Shown here: positions 32,693 through 42,174 of the stretch, piece by piece
How the letters are laid out: each line of letters begins with the position of its first letter
Position numbering within the stretch: position 1 is the stretch's first letter
Source of the DNA: an uncultured Acidobacteriota bacterium
Lineage (GTDB): Bacteria > Acidobacteriota > Thermoanaerobaculia > Multivoradales > SZUA-115
Direction: 5' to 3'
DNA: 64,000 bases
Assembly (NCBI GenBank): GCA_963805975.1
Contig: CAWDVR010000002.1
Coordinates: 576,001-640,000, forward strand
The notes under the pieces: model-generated
The model's input: only the letters and a program-made list of their open reading frames with translations
What the model was told of the DNA's origin: nothing
Databases searched by the model: none
Program-made: the position numbers and the translations under genes

Positions 32693-35155
32693 CTACGTGC
32701 TCACCAGCATCTTCACCAGGTTCGGCAGACCCGCGCCCTGCTGCGGCGGGTGGCGCCGCAGGTCGGTGCAGGAGCCGAGCAGGATCTCCTTGACGCGGTC
32801 CGGATAGCCGATGAACTCACGACGCAGCGAGAGGAAGGCCGCGATCACCCCCGAGACGTGCGGCGCCGCCATGCTGGTGCCGCTCATCGCCACGTAGAGG
32901 TCGTCTGCCGTGCCCTCGCTCCGCAGCCGATGGCGGCAGGAGAGGATGCGCTCGCCGGGGGCCACCACGTCCGGCTTCTGGCGGCCGTCCGCCGTGGGGC
33001 CGCGCGACGAGAAGTACGACACGCCGAAGGTGTGCGGGTTCTCCTTGTGGACCGAGCCCACGGCGATCGCCTCCTCGAGGTTCGCCGGGTCGCCGATCGA
33101 GAGCGCCATGTTGGCTTCGATCGACCCGCCTTCGGTGGCCAGTACCGCGAAGCCCTCGTTGCCGGCGGCCAGCACCACCACCACGCCCTGGCGCCACAGC
33201 CGGCGCAGCTCGCGGCAGAGCGGCGAGTGGCCGCAAGCGTAGACGCTCTGGTCGAAGCCGCCGCCGAGCGAGAGGTTGGCGCCCTGGATCACCAGCTGGC
33301 CGGCGCGCTCGTTGGTCTCGGCGATGTGGTCCAGGGCCTTGATGATCCAGGAGTCCTTGCCGTCGCCCTGGCGGTCGAGGACCTTGTAGACGTGGAGCTT
33401 GGCGAGCGGCGCCATGCCGAAGAACTGGCGCTCGCGGCCCGCGGGCTGGGCCGTGCCGGGCTTGGGAGGCTCCTCGACCGTGAGCTCGCCGGCGATGATG
33501 CCCCCCACGTGCGTGCCGTGGCCGTGCTCGTCCGGGGCCGTGCCGGCCTTGAGCTCTCCCGGCAGCGTGCAGTCGTACTGGGCGGCGATCGTGCCGTGGG
33601 TGGCGAAATGCGGGTGCTCGGCGTAGACGCCGGAGTCCAGCACCGCCCAGTGGATGCCCTCGCCGGTGGCCCGGTAGGCGATGTGCGCCGGCCGCGCCTG
33701 CACGGTGTTGACCGAGGCCTCGATCAGCGCCCGCTTGGCCGAGTTCTTCCAGATCCGGCGCACGGCGCAGCCGCTGCCGTCGCCCAGGGACCAGGCCAGG
33801 CGCTCGGTCTCGGTGCGGGTGAGCTCGGCGGCCACGAAGCGCTTCAGCGCCTCGATCTTGAGCCGCCCCTTCTCGGGACCGGCCATCTCCTCGAGCTTCG
33901 CCACCACTTCCTCGCGCTTCTTGTCGAGCTGGCGGTCGCCGGCGCCGGTGACCTCGGCGAGCTCGATCAGCACCTGGTGGCGGGACTCGAGGGCGCCGTC
34001 CTCGATCGCCCGCGCCACGTCCCGCGCGATGACGAAGCTCGCCACCGGCTGGAAGAGGGCGGTGTCGACCGCCTCGCGCACCATGGTGCGCACCGGCTTC
34101 ATCGACAGATAGCCGCTGCCCGAGTGGGGATGGCGGGGGCTGTCCGGGTTCCAGCCCGGATCGTCCGCGATCGCGACGCCGCCGGTGGGCTGGTACTCGC
34201 CCGCCAGCCGTTTCTTGAGCGCCACCGGGTCGAGCGGGTCCGCGACGTTGAGCCAGGCGCGCACGCACTCGGGCACCGCGAGCTTCTTCTGGCCGGTGAT
34301 CTTCTTGATCTGGTCCTGCACCTCCTGGATGCCGAGCGGCGAGCCGATGGTGACGAACAGGTCCACGTCGAGGTCCGCCTTCTTGAAGCGCGACAGCACG
34401 TCGTAGGCGATCATCGAGCCCTGGCTGTGGCCGATCACCACGAACGGCCCGCCGCCGGCCGCCAGGCGCTCGAGCACGCTGTCCTCCATCACCTTGCGGC
34501 GGTCGGCCTCGAAGAAGAAGTCGTTGACGTCGCGCAGGAAGGCGCGGGTGAGCTTCTTGGTGACCCACCTGCGCAGCACCGCCGGCACCGGGAGCAGCCG
34601 GGCCTCCACCGCGCGCACGCGGATCTCGGCCTCGGAGACCGCCGGCTGGTCGCTCTCGATCTCGTCCGCGATGGCGAGCAGCACGCGCTGCTCACTGGGC
34701 TTCGCCGTCAGCTCGGCGACCTCGCTCTCGATCGAGATCGCGTCGGCCGCCGCCTGCACCGACATGCCCTTTCCCGCCGGCTCCTCCTCCACCGCCGTCA
34801 AGTCGCCGGAGACGCAGGTGCCCGCCTCGGGCTCTGGGAACCGCTCGCGGTTCACCCAGTACGCGAGGCGGCTCCTCTCCCCCAGGTCGAAGCCGAAGAG
34901 GGCATGATCCCACTGGCACTTGAGCACCGACGCCACCGGCTTGTTGCCGATGCCGTGCACGTAAATAATCGTCTTCGCCCGCCCGGCGAGCGAGGTGGTG
35001 AGGGCGGAGAGGAGGGAATCGGAGGCAGCGGCGGTCGCGACCGTCCTCTTGGATGGCGTAGCGGGTACGGCCTTGGAGCGTGCAGGCGTTGCCTTGCGCT
35101 TCGAGGGAGAAGGTCGGGAGGGCTTGCGGGGTGAGCCGGATTGGGGCGTGGGCAT
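32693..35155 (-). CDS. alpha/beta-hydrolase-like domain fused to an S8 subtilisin-like protease
   Basis: IYVHGIG, GHSQG (GxSxG), TIGSPLG, DPLDPVA; then LDSG, HGHGTHVGG, AAGN, SGTSMAAPHVSG. No signal peptide evident. Confidence 0.85.
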   Translation of the reverse strand: MPTPQSGSPRKPSRPSPSKRKATPARSKAVPATPSKRTVATAAASDSLLSALTTSLAGRAKTIIYVHGIGNKPVASVLKCQWDHALFGFDLGERSRLAYWVNRERFPEPEAGTCVSGDLTAVEEEPAGKGMSVQAAADAISIESEVAELTAKPSEQRVLLAIADEIESDQPAVSEAEIRVRAVEARLLPVPAVLRRWVTKKLTRAFLRDVNDFFFEADRRKVMEDSVLERLAAGGGPFVVIGHSQGSMIAYDVLSRFKKADLDVDLFVTIGSPLGIQEVQDQIKKITGQKKLAVPECVRAWLNVADPLDPVALKKRLAGEYQPTGGVAIADDPGWNPDSPRHPHSGSGYLSMKPVRTMVREAVDTALFQPVASFVIARDVARAIEDGALESRHQVLIELAEVTGAGDRQLDKKREEVVAKLEEMAGPEKGRLKIEALKRFVAAELTRTETERLAWSLGDGSGCAVRRIWKNSAKRALIEASVNTVQARPAHIAYRATGEGIHWAVLDSGVYAEHPHFATHGTIAAQYDCTLPGELKAGTAPDEHGHGTHVGGIIAGELTVEEPPKPGTAQPAGRERQFFGMAPLAKLHVYKVLDRQGDGKDSWIIKALDHIAETNERAGQLVIQGANLSLGGGFDQSVYACGHSPLCRELRRLWRQGVVVVLAAGNEGFAVLATEGGSIEANMALSIGDPANLEEAIAVGSVHKENPHTFGVSYFSSRGPTADGRQKPDVVAPGERILSCRHRLRSEGTADDLYVAMSGTSMAAPHVSGVIAAFLSLRREFIGYPDRVKEILLGSCTDLRRHPPQQGAGLPNLVKMLVST

Positions 35156-35311
35156 GGCTGGGTCCTCTTGTCCGTAGGCGCCTTGGCGCGCTCGTCGTTA
35201 CCGAATCTCCTGAGCTTTGCCCAGAGGTGAATGACCCGCGCCGCGGCGGCGCTCGTATCAGCTCGAGACTTCTCTCAGGCACCTACCGCGACACAGAAAG
35301 GTGTACGAACG

Positions 35312-35776
35312 ATGTTACGACACAGACTCCTCCGAAACAGCCTCCTCTCCACCTTCTTCGCCCTCCTCTTCCCTCTGGCCGGGCAGGCTGTGGAGCCGAT
35401 CAACAAAACCTTCTTCGGCGGCTTGGCGATCGAAGGCTATGACGCGGTGGCGTACTTCACGGACGGCAAGGCGGTCGAGGGCAGCAAGGAGATCGCGCTC
35501 TCCTGGAAGGGAGCCACCTGGCGCTTTGCAACGGCCGCTCACCTCGACGCCTTCAAGGCGGCGCCGGAGCGGTTCGCGCCGCAGTACGGCGGCTACTGCG
35601 CCTACGCGGTGGCCAATGGCTCGACCGCCGGGATCGACCCCACGCAGTGGACGATTCACGACGGCAAGCTCTATCTGAACTATGACCGGAAGGTCCAGGC
35701 CACCTGGCTCGAGGACAAGGCCGGCTACATCGCCAAGGCGAACGAGAACTGGCCGAAGATTCTTGGCGCCGAATGA
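35312..35776 (+). CDS. Secreted YHS-domain protein
   Basis: Signal peptide; AIEGYDAVAYF, WRFA, PQYGGYCAYAV, DGKLYLN. Confidence 0.85.
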   Translation: MLRHRLLRNSLLSTFFALLFPLAGQAVEPINKTFFGGLAIEGYDAVAYFTDGKAVEGSKEIALSWKGATWRFATAAHLDAFKAAPERFAPQYGGYCAYAVANGSTAGIDPTQWTIHDGKLYLNYDRKVQATWLEDKAGYIAKANENWPKILGAE

Positions 35777-35823
35777 GCGGGAGGGCTTCGGTGTTACCCT
35801 CGGGGCCGCTCCTGGAGACTCTC

Positions 35824-37971
35824 ATGCGCCGACATACTTCACTGGTTCCTTCTCTGGTCCTCGCCTCGTTTTTCATCTCGGGAGCTGCCTCGGCGCAGCT
35901 CGTGCCGCTGGGCGCGGGCTTCCGTGTCAACGCCACCACCGCCGGCAACCAGGATCTCGCGAGCGTGGCGAGCTCGCCCGACGGCACGTTCGTGGTCGTC
36001 TGGCAGAGCGAAGGGGCTCCTGGCGACCCGTCGGTCCGCGCCCAGCGCTACGACCGCACCGGCCTGCCGCAGGGCGGCGAGATCGTGGTCAGCACCTCGC
36101 CGCCGGTCTTTCACCTCGCCACATTGCTGGCCAGAGCCACCGGCGCCGGCCGCCTGTCGCCCTCGTTCGCGGGCCCATTCTCTGCCCCACCTCAGGTGGC
36201 GGTCCACGCCGGCGGCGACTTCCTCGTGGTCTGGGCAGGCCCGGCGGGAGCGATCGACATCCGCGCCCGGCTGATCCGTCGCACGGGCACCCCGGCCGGC
36301 CCGGACTTCGTGGTCAATACCTCGAACTTGGGCGAAGAGTCGCTGCCGGTAGTGACGGCCGTGGCCAACGGCTTCGTCGTCGCCTGGACCGATCCCGCTT
36401 TCTCGAAGATCCACGGCCGGCTGCTCGACCGGAACGCCCAACCGGCCTCGGCCGAGCTGGACATCGCCGGCGCGGTGCCCGGCAAGCGGTTCGGGGCCGT
36501 GCTGGCGCCCGGCGCCCACGGCGGCTTCGTCGCCGCGTGGACGGGCGAGGGGGCCGGAGAGTCGGACCTCGGGACCTTCGCCCGCCTCTTCGACGCCCAG
36601 GGCAGCGCACTGGGCCCGGCCTTCCTGGTGAACACCACGGTCGAGGCCCCGCAGACGGCGTCGTCCGTGGCATCCGATGCCGCCGGCAACTTCCTGGTCA
36701 CCTTCGTGAGCGGCGACTCCACGCTCCCCCCGGCCGATCTCGACGCGCTGGCCCAGCGCTTCGCGAGCGACGGGCAGCGGGTCGGCGGCGAGCTCCGCGT
36801 CCACGCGGCACCGGCGGGCACCCAGTCCCACGGGCGCGCCGCCCTCGACGAGACCGGCGGCGCGGCCGTCGTGTGGCAGAGCGCCACCGGCTCGCCGGCG
36901 ACCAGCGGGCTTTTCGCGAAGCTCTACGCCAGCGCCGGCCCGGCGCTCACCAACGAGGTGCCGCTCGACCTGGCCGGGACCGACAGCCCGGCGCTCGCCG
37001 CGGACTTCGGCGGCGACTTCGTGGCCGTGGCCACCGGCACGGACGGCGCTTCGAGCACCGGCATCTTCGCCCGGCGCTTCACTCGCGCCTGCGAAGTGCG
37101 CGGCCACAACCTCTGCTTGCAGAACGGGCGCTTCAAGGTGGAGGCCGCCTGGCGCACCAACCCGACGGAGAACGGCCTCGGCTTCGCCCAGGCCTTGACC
37201 GCCGACACCGGCTACTTCTACTTCTTCAACCCCAACAACGTGGAGCTGGTGGTGAAGGTGCTCAACGGCTGCCCGGTCAACAACCGCTTCTGGGTGTTCG
37301 CCGGGGGCTTGACCAACGTCGAGGTCGACCTGATCGTCACCGACACCGAGACCGGCGCCATTCGCCGCTACGTCAACCCGGCGAACACTCCCTACCAGCC
37401 AATCCAGGACACCAGCGCTTTCGCCACCTGCGCCGCCCCGGTGACTGCGGATGCGTCCCCGGGCCTCGACGACGAAGCGGCCGCACCGCCCACGATGGAC
37501 GAGGCGGCGCGGCAGGAAGCGCGCCTCGAGCGGCGGGAGCTCCGGCGCCTGCTGACCCGGCTCGACGCGGCGGTCGAGAGCGCGCGCTCGGCCGAGCTCG
37601 TCTCCCGCGCCGCGGCCGGCGCCTGCACCCCGAGCGCCACCCGGCTCTGCCTGCGGAGCGGACGCTTCGCCATCACCGTGGACTGGACCCGGCCGGACGG
37701 CATCGCGGGCGACGGCAGGGGCATCCCGCTCACCTCCGACACCGGCTACTTCTGGTTCTTCAACCCCGCCAATGTCGAGATGCTGATCAAGGTGCTGAAC
37801 GGCTGCCCGGTCAACAACCGCTACTGGGTCTTCGCCGGCGGCCTGACCAACGTACGGGCCGAGATCACCGTCACCGACACCTCGACCGGCGCCCAGAAGA
37901 CCTACGTCAACCCGGTGCAGACACCCTTCCAGCCGATCCTGGACACGGGGGCCTTCGCGACCTGCCCGTAG
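35824..37971 (+). CDS. Secreted protein with beta-rich repeats and two C-terminal 'CL..GRF…GYF.FFNP.NVE..KVLNGC' domains
   Basis: Signal peptide; repeated F.VVW/VN.T motifs; two highly similar domains at ~37090-37430 and ~37620-37968. Confidence 0.8.
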   Translation: MRRHTSLVPSLVLASFFISGAASAQLVPLGAGFRVNATTAGNQDLASVASSPDGTFVVVWQSEGAPGDPSVRAQRYDRTGLPQGGEIVVSTSPPVFHLATLLARATGAGRLSPSFAGPFSAPPQVAVHAGGDFLVVWAGPAGAIDIRARLIRRTGTPAGPDFVVNTSNLGEESLPVVTAVANGFVVAWTDPAFSKIHGRLLDRNAQPASAELDIAGAVPGKRFGAVLAPGAHGGFVAAWTGEGAGESDLGTFARLFDAQGSALGPAFLVNTTVEAPQTASSVASDAAGNFLVTFVSGDSTLPPADLDALAQRFASDGQRVGGELRVHAAPAGTQSHGRAALDETGGAAVVWQSATGSPATSGLFAKLYASAGPALTNEVPLDLAGTDSPALAADFGGDFVAVATGTDGASSTGIFARRFTRACEVRGHNLCLQNGRFKVEAAWRTNPTENGLGFAQALTADTGYFYFFNPNNVELVVKVLNGCPVNNRFWVFAGGLTNVEVDLIVTDTETGAIRRYVNPANTPYQPIQDTSAFATCAAPVTADASPGLDDEAAAPPTMDEAARQEARLERRELRRLLTRLDAAVESARSAELVSRAAAGACTPSATRLCLRSGRFAITVDWTRPDGIAGDGRGIPLTSDTGYFWFFNPANVEMLIKVLNGCPVNNRYWVFAGGLTNVRAEITVTDTSTGAQKTYVNPVQTPFQPILDTGAFATCP

Positions 37972-37974
37972 GGG

Positions 37975-39510
37975 CTAGGGAGCCAACGCCCCCGTCATGA
38001 ACCCCACCACGTCGTCCCGCAGCTTGCGGTGGTCGGCTTTGCGGATGTACATCATGTGGCCGGACTCGTAGAAGGCGATCGAGACGTTGCCGCGCAGGGG
38101 CTCGGGCAGGCTCAGGTGCTCGGTGGTGTAGATGGCGTCGAAATACGGTGTCGCGAAGTCGTAGTAGCCGCTCGCGACCAGCACTTTGAGCGAGGGGTTC
38201 CGGGTGATCGCTTCCCGGAGGTTCTCGGCCAGGTTGGGATAGCCCTGGCCATCGATCCACTTCCACGGCCGGACCTTGGAGCTGAGCGACTCGTAGGGCA
38301 GGTCGCTCTCGAATTGCAGCTCGCGTCGCAGGTAGTCGTTGAGGAGCGCCACGTAGCCCACCTTGGCGACTTCCATCGCGGGGTCGAAGTCCGGTTCCTC
38401 CCCCGCCGCGTCGTAGTCGTAGCCGGTGAAGCGGCTGTCCAGGCGGCCCACCGTCTTGCCCTCGGTGCGGAGCAGCTCCTTGAGGAACCGCTGGAGGTAG
38501 ATCCGCAGGTTGGTCTGCTCCACGTACTCGACCGACAAGCCGGTGTACCGCGCCACCCGCTCGGCGATGCGGCGGCGCTCGGCGGGCGGCAGGCTGTCGC
38601 CCGCGTGCAGGGCGAGGGCGTAGTCCGTGCGCGCGAAGCGCTCCACCTCTTCGAGCGTCTTCCGCAGGTCGCCCGAGAGCTCGGGCGGCAGCTTCTTGTG
38701 GTACCAGGCGGCCGCCGCGTAGCTCGGCAGGTGGATGATGTAGGGCACGTCGTTGCCGATCGCGAACTCCTGGTTCTGCCAGTTGAGAATCACCGAGAGC
38801 AGCATCAGGCCGTTCAGGTACATGCCGTGCCGGACCTGGAGATACGAGGCCAAGCCAGCGGCGCGGGTGGTGCCGTAGCTCTCCCCGGCGATGAACTTGG
38901 GCGAGGCCCAGCGCTGGTTGCGGGTGGCCCACAGGCGGATGAAATCGCCCACCGCCGCGACATCCTCTTCGACGCCGTGGAACTGCTTGGCATCGACGCC
39001 CGGCGCCGGCCGGGAGTAGCCGGTCGAGACCGGGTCGATGAACACCAGGTCGGTCGCCGGCAGCAGGGTGAACTCGTTGTCCACCAGCTTGCCCGGTGGG
39101 GGCAGCGAGTGGCCCTCGTCGCCCATCAGCACCTTCTTGGGGCCGAAGGCGCCCAGGTGGACCCACACCGCCGCCGCGCCGGGGCCGCCGTTGAAGCTGA
39201 AGGTCACGGGCCGCGTGCCCGCGTTCGCGACACCGTCGAGCGTATAGGCCACGAAGAACACCGAGGCCTGGGCCTTGCCTTCCTCGTCCCGCAGCACGTA
39301 GGTGCCGGCGGTGGCGGTGTAGGCGATCTTGTCGCGGCCGACCGTCATCGTGTGATGGGTCACGGAGGACTTCTCCTCCGGCTCCGACTGCTTCTCGTCG
39401 GCGCTCTTCTCCTTCTCGGCCGACTCTTCGGCACCCCAGGCCACGCCGGTGAAACAGGAAAAGATCAGGATCAGCGACAGGACGGCGAACCACGGGCGTC
39501 GGGCAGGCAT
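37975..39510 (-). CDS. S10-family serine carboxypeptidase
   Basis: Signal peptide; FNGGPG, DPVSTGYS, GESYG, GYYD, GHMMY. Confidence 0.9.
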   Translation of the reverse strand: MPARRPWFAVLSLILIFSCFTGVAWGAEESAEKEKSADEKQSEPEEKSSVTHHTMTVGRDKIAYTATAGTYVLRDEEGKAQASVFFVAYTLDGVANAGTRPVTFSFNGGPGAAAVWVHLGAFGPKKVLMGDEGHSLPPPGKLVDNEFTLLPATDLVFIDPVSTGYSRPAPGVDAKQFHGVEEDVAAVGDFIRLWATRNQRWASPKFIAGESYGTTRAAGLASYLQVRHGMYLNGLMLLSVILNWQNQEFAIGNDVPYIIHLPSYAAAAWYHKKLPPELSGDLRKTLEEVERFARTDYALALHAGDSLPPAERRRIAERVARYTGLSVEYVEQTNLRIYLQRFLKELLRTEGKTVGRLDSRFTGYDYDAAGEEPDFDPAMEVAKVGYVALLNDYLRRELQFESDLPYESLSSKVRPWKWIDGQGYPNLAENLREAITRNPSLKVLVASGYYDFATPYFDAIYTTEHLSLPEPLRGNVSIAFYESGHMMYIRKADHRKLRDDVVGFMTGALAP

Positions 39511-39614
39511 CGATCGGCTCCTCGTCGGGCTGGGGTCGCTCCTACATACGTCGGCGGGCAGCCGAGAGTTCTGGCGGCCACCCGCGGTGCGGGTTGGACC
39601 GCCGCAGCCGCTCG

Positions 39615-39965
39615 TCAAGCCTTCCGCGGCTCGGACAGAAGCTCGCGAAGTCGTTGGAGGAGAGGTGGAAGGTCTTCTTGGATTGTCTGCCAGACGATCT
39701 CGAGGCTGATTCCGAAGTACTCGTGCACCAGGACATTGCGCATGTCGCGCATCTCGGACCAGGGGAGATCCGGCGCCGCGGCCACGAGCTCAGCGGAAAC
39801 CCCCTGGGCTGCCTCCCCGATCACGCTCAGGTTTCGGATCACCGCGTCGAAAGTGCGTTCATCGCGACAGAAGCTCTCGTAGTCCAGATTTGCCGTGTAG
39901 CGGCGAATCTTCTCGATCGCCTCGGCGATGTCCTCCAGCCGAAGCCTGGCGTCCCTAGGCGGCAC
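39615..39965 (-). CDS. HepT-like HEPN ribonuclease toxin (DUF86)
   Basis: AVIRNLSVIGEA and MRNVLVHEY (Rx4H) motifs. Confidence 0.88.
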   Translation of the reverse strand: MPPRDARLRLEDIAEAIEKIRRYTANLDYESFCRDERTFDAVIRNLSVIGEAAQGVSAELVAAAPDLPWSEMRDMRNVLVHEYFGISLEIVWQTIQEDLPPLLQRLRELLSEPRKA

Positions 39966-40266
39966 GGACCAGCTCAGCCAAGACTCGGCTGCGAAGAGCG
40001 GGCTTCAGGGCATCCGGGGTCACCAGATCCACTCGGAAACCGAGCGCATCTTCGAGCAAACGCCGCAGGCGAAGAAACGCGAACAGTCCAATCGGCTTCT
40101 CGAACTCGACCATGAGATCGACATCACTCCCCGGACCGGCTTCGTCTCGGGCGACGGAGCCGAAGACTGCGAGGGACCTGACACCGAAGCCTCGCGCCAC
40201 CGCCTCGGCGGTCCGCAGCCGATCGAGGACCAGTGCCAAAGAGGGTCGAGCCGTGTGGGTGATCAT
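39955..40266 (-). CDS. MntA-like minimal nucleotidyltransferase antitoxin
   Basis: FGSVARDEAGPGSDVDL, RVDLVT; directly upstream of the HEPN gene. Confidence 0.88.
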   Translation of the reverse strand: MITHTARPSLALVLDRLRTAEAVARGFGVRSLAVFGSVARDEAGPGSDVDLMVEFEKPIGLFAFLRLRRLLEDALGFRVDLVTPDALKPALRSRVLAELVRAA

Positions 40267-40336
40267 CAGCGCTCCAGACAGCCAGCGACTCTACCAGGAA
40301 GCATAGGAACGATCAGTTCCGAGCCTGTACTCTCCA

Positions 40337-42064
40337 CTACTCCCCCAGCCCCAGCTCCTTGACCTTGCGGTAGAAGGTGCTGCGTGGCAGCTCGAGCAGC
40401 TCCATGGCGCGGGCCGAGTCGCCCTCGGCGGCGGCCAGGGCCACCTGTAGGGCCTGGCGCTCGGCGGCGGCCACGGCGTCGTCGAAGCGGAAGCTGGCCG
40501 CCGCCGCGCCGCTGCCCCGGCCCTGCTGCACGCGCCGGGAGAGGTGAGGCAAATCCAGCGCCTCGCTGCCTTCGAGCAACAGCGTCGCCTTGGCGATCTC
40601 GTTCTCGAGCTCGCGCACGTTGCCGGGCCAGTCGTAGCGCACCAGGGCGCCGAGCGCCGGGCGCCGGATGCCCCGGCTCGAGAGGCCGTTCTTGCGCAGC
40701 TCGCGATGGAAGAAGTGCGACGCGAGGGCCGGGATCTCCGGGCGCCGTTCGCGCAGCGGCGGCACCTCGACCTCGAAGGCGGCGAGCCGGTGGTAGAGGT
40801 CGAGACGGAAAGCCTTCTCCTCGACCAGGGCCGGCAGGCGGCGGTTGGTGGCGGCGACGAAGCGCACGTCGACCTCGACCGGCGCCCTGCCGCCGACGCG
40901 GTAGAGCCGCGTGTTCTCGAGCACCCGCAGCACCTTGGCCTGGGTCTCGAGCGCCATGTCTCCGATCTCGTCCAGGAAGACCGTGCCGCCGGCCGCCCGT
41001 TCGAGCAGCCCCGGCCGGGCCTCGACGCCGGTCGCGACCCCGCGCTCGATGCCGAAGAGCTCCGCTTCGAGGAGGTCGCGCGGCAGGGCGGCGCAGTTGA
41101 CCGCCAGGAACGGCCCCCGCGCCCGCCGGGACTGTTCGTGGACGAAGCGGGCGAGCACCTCCTTGCCCACGCCGGACTCGCCCAGGATCAGCACCGACAC
41201 GTCGCCGCGCGCCACCTTGGCCACTTGCTTGTAGAGCGCGGCCATGGCCGAGGCCACCGCCGGGGCGCGCGGCTCGGCGGCGGCCTCGGCATCTTCCTGC
41301 CGCCGTGGCACGCGGACGGCGCGCGGCGCCTCGAACGCGGCGAGGAGCGCCAGGGCGAGGCGCAGGAGAGGTTCGAGGGGCTCCAGGGCTCGCGGTTCGG
41401 CGAGCCGCAGGCGGAGCTTCCAACCGCTCTCCCCCGCCACCTCGTGCGTGTGGCTCTCGCGGCCGGCGCGCGGCGACGAGGCGGCGGCGATCACCTCGTC
41501 TTCGCCAGCCGTGGCCCGGAGGATCTCGGCACGGGTGAGGGGCAGGATCAGGAGCCAGTCTTTGAGCAGCACGGCGCCGGCTTCCCCCGCCGAGGAACCG
41601 GCGGGAAGCCCCTCGGCCAAGCGCTCGAGGCTCGCTGCCAGGGGCCCGACCGGGCCCAGCGCCTCCGTCCGCGGGACGTTGGTCGTCGGATGGCGGGGAT
41701 CGGGCTGGGACTCGGCCGGGCTCCCCAGCAGCACCTGCGCCGCGGCGGCATCGGTCGGTACGAGCATCGCCTCGGCGCCGCCGAAGGCCAGGGTGCTCCA
41801 TCCCGGGGCGCTCGCCCGCCGGATGCGCCTGCCCTGGAGGAAAGTGCCGTTCTTCGACTCGAGATCGGTGACCACCACGCCGCCGTCGGGCAGCACCTCG
41901 AGCCGCGCGTGGCGCCGCGACACGCCGGAATGGGCGAGCACCACGTCACAGGTGGGCGCCGAGCCCACCACGTGGGTGCCCGGCTCGAGCACGAAGCGCT
42001 GCACCGAGCCGCCGTCCCCGGCGAGGATCTTGAGGTGATAGGCGGGCGAGGGGTCGCTGCGCAT
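40337..42064 (-). CDS. FHA-domain sigma54-type enhancer-binding protein (Fis HTH)
   Basis: FHA (GS…VSRRHA…DLESKNGT), GESGVGKE, EAELFG…GVATGV, FLDEIG, WPGNVREL, C-terminal HTH. Confidence 0.88.
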   Translation of the reverse strand: MRSDPSPAYHLKILAGDGGSVQRFVLEPGTHVVGSAPTCDVVLAHSGVSRRHARLEVLPDGGVVVTDLESKNGTFLQGRRIRRASAPGWSTLAFGGAEAMLVPTDAAAAQVLLGSPAESQPDPRHPTTNVPRTEALGPVGPLAASLERLAEGLPAGSSAGEAGAVLLKDWLLILPLTRAEILRATAGEDEVIAAASSPRAGRESHTHEVAGESGWKLRLRLAEPRALEPLEPLLRLALALLAAFEAPRAVRVPRRQEDAEAAAEPRAPAVASAMAALYKQVAKVARGDVSVLILGESGVGKEVLARFVHEQSRRARGPFLAVNCAALPRDLLEAELFGIERGVATGVEARPGLLERAAGGTVFLDEIGDMALETQAKVLRVLENTRLYRVGGRAPVEVDVRFVAATNRRLPALVEEKAFRLDLYHRLAAFEVEVPPLRERRPEIPALASHFFHRELRKNGLSSRGIRRPALGALVRYDWPGNVRELENEIAKATLLLEGSEALDLPHLSRRVQQGRGSGAAAASFRFDDAVAAAERQALQVALAAAEGDSARAMELLELPRSTFYRKVKELGLGE

Positions 42065-42174
42065 CTCGCAACCATAACGCGCGGGCGCCCGGCGTGTAAC
42101 ATTGCGCCCCCGAAAGCCCGTACCGCTCGTCCGGGCGCCGTCCGACGACAAGAACTTCCGAGGAGCTCCGCCCG

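Noticed and set aside
35312-35776. Selenoprotein form of the YHS protein
   Set aside because: The GGYC site uses a TGC codon; there is no in-frame TGA.
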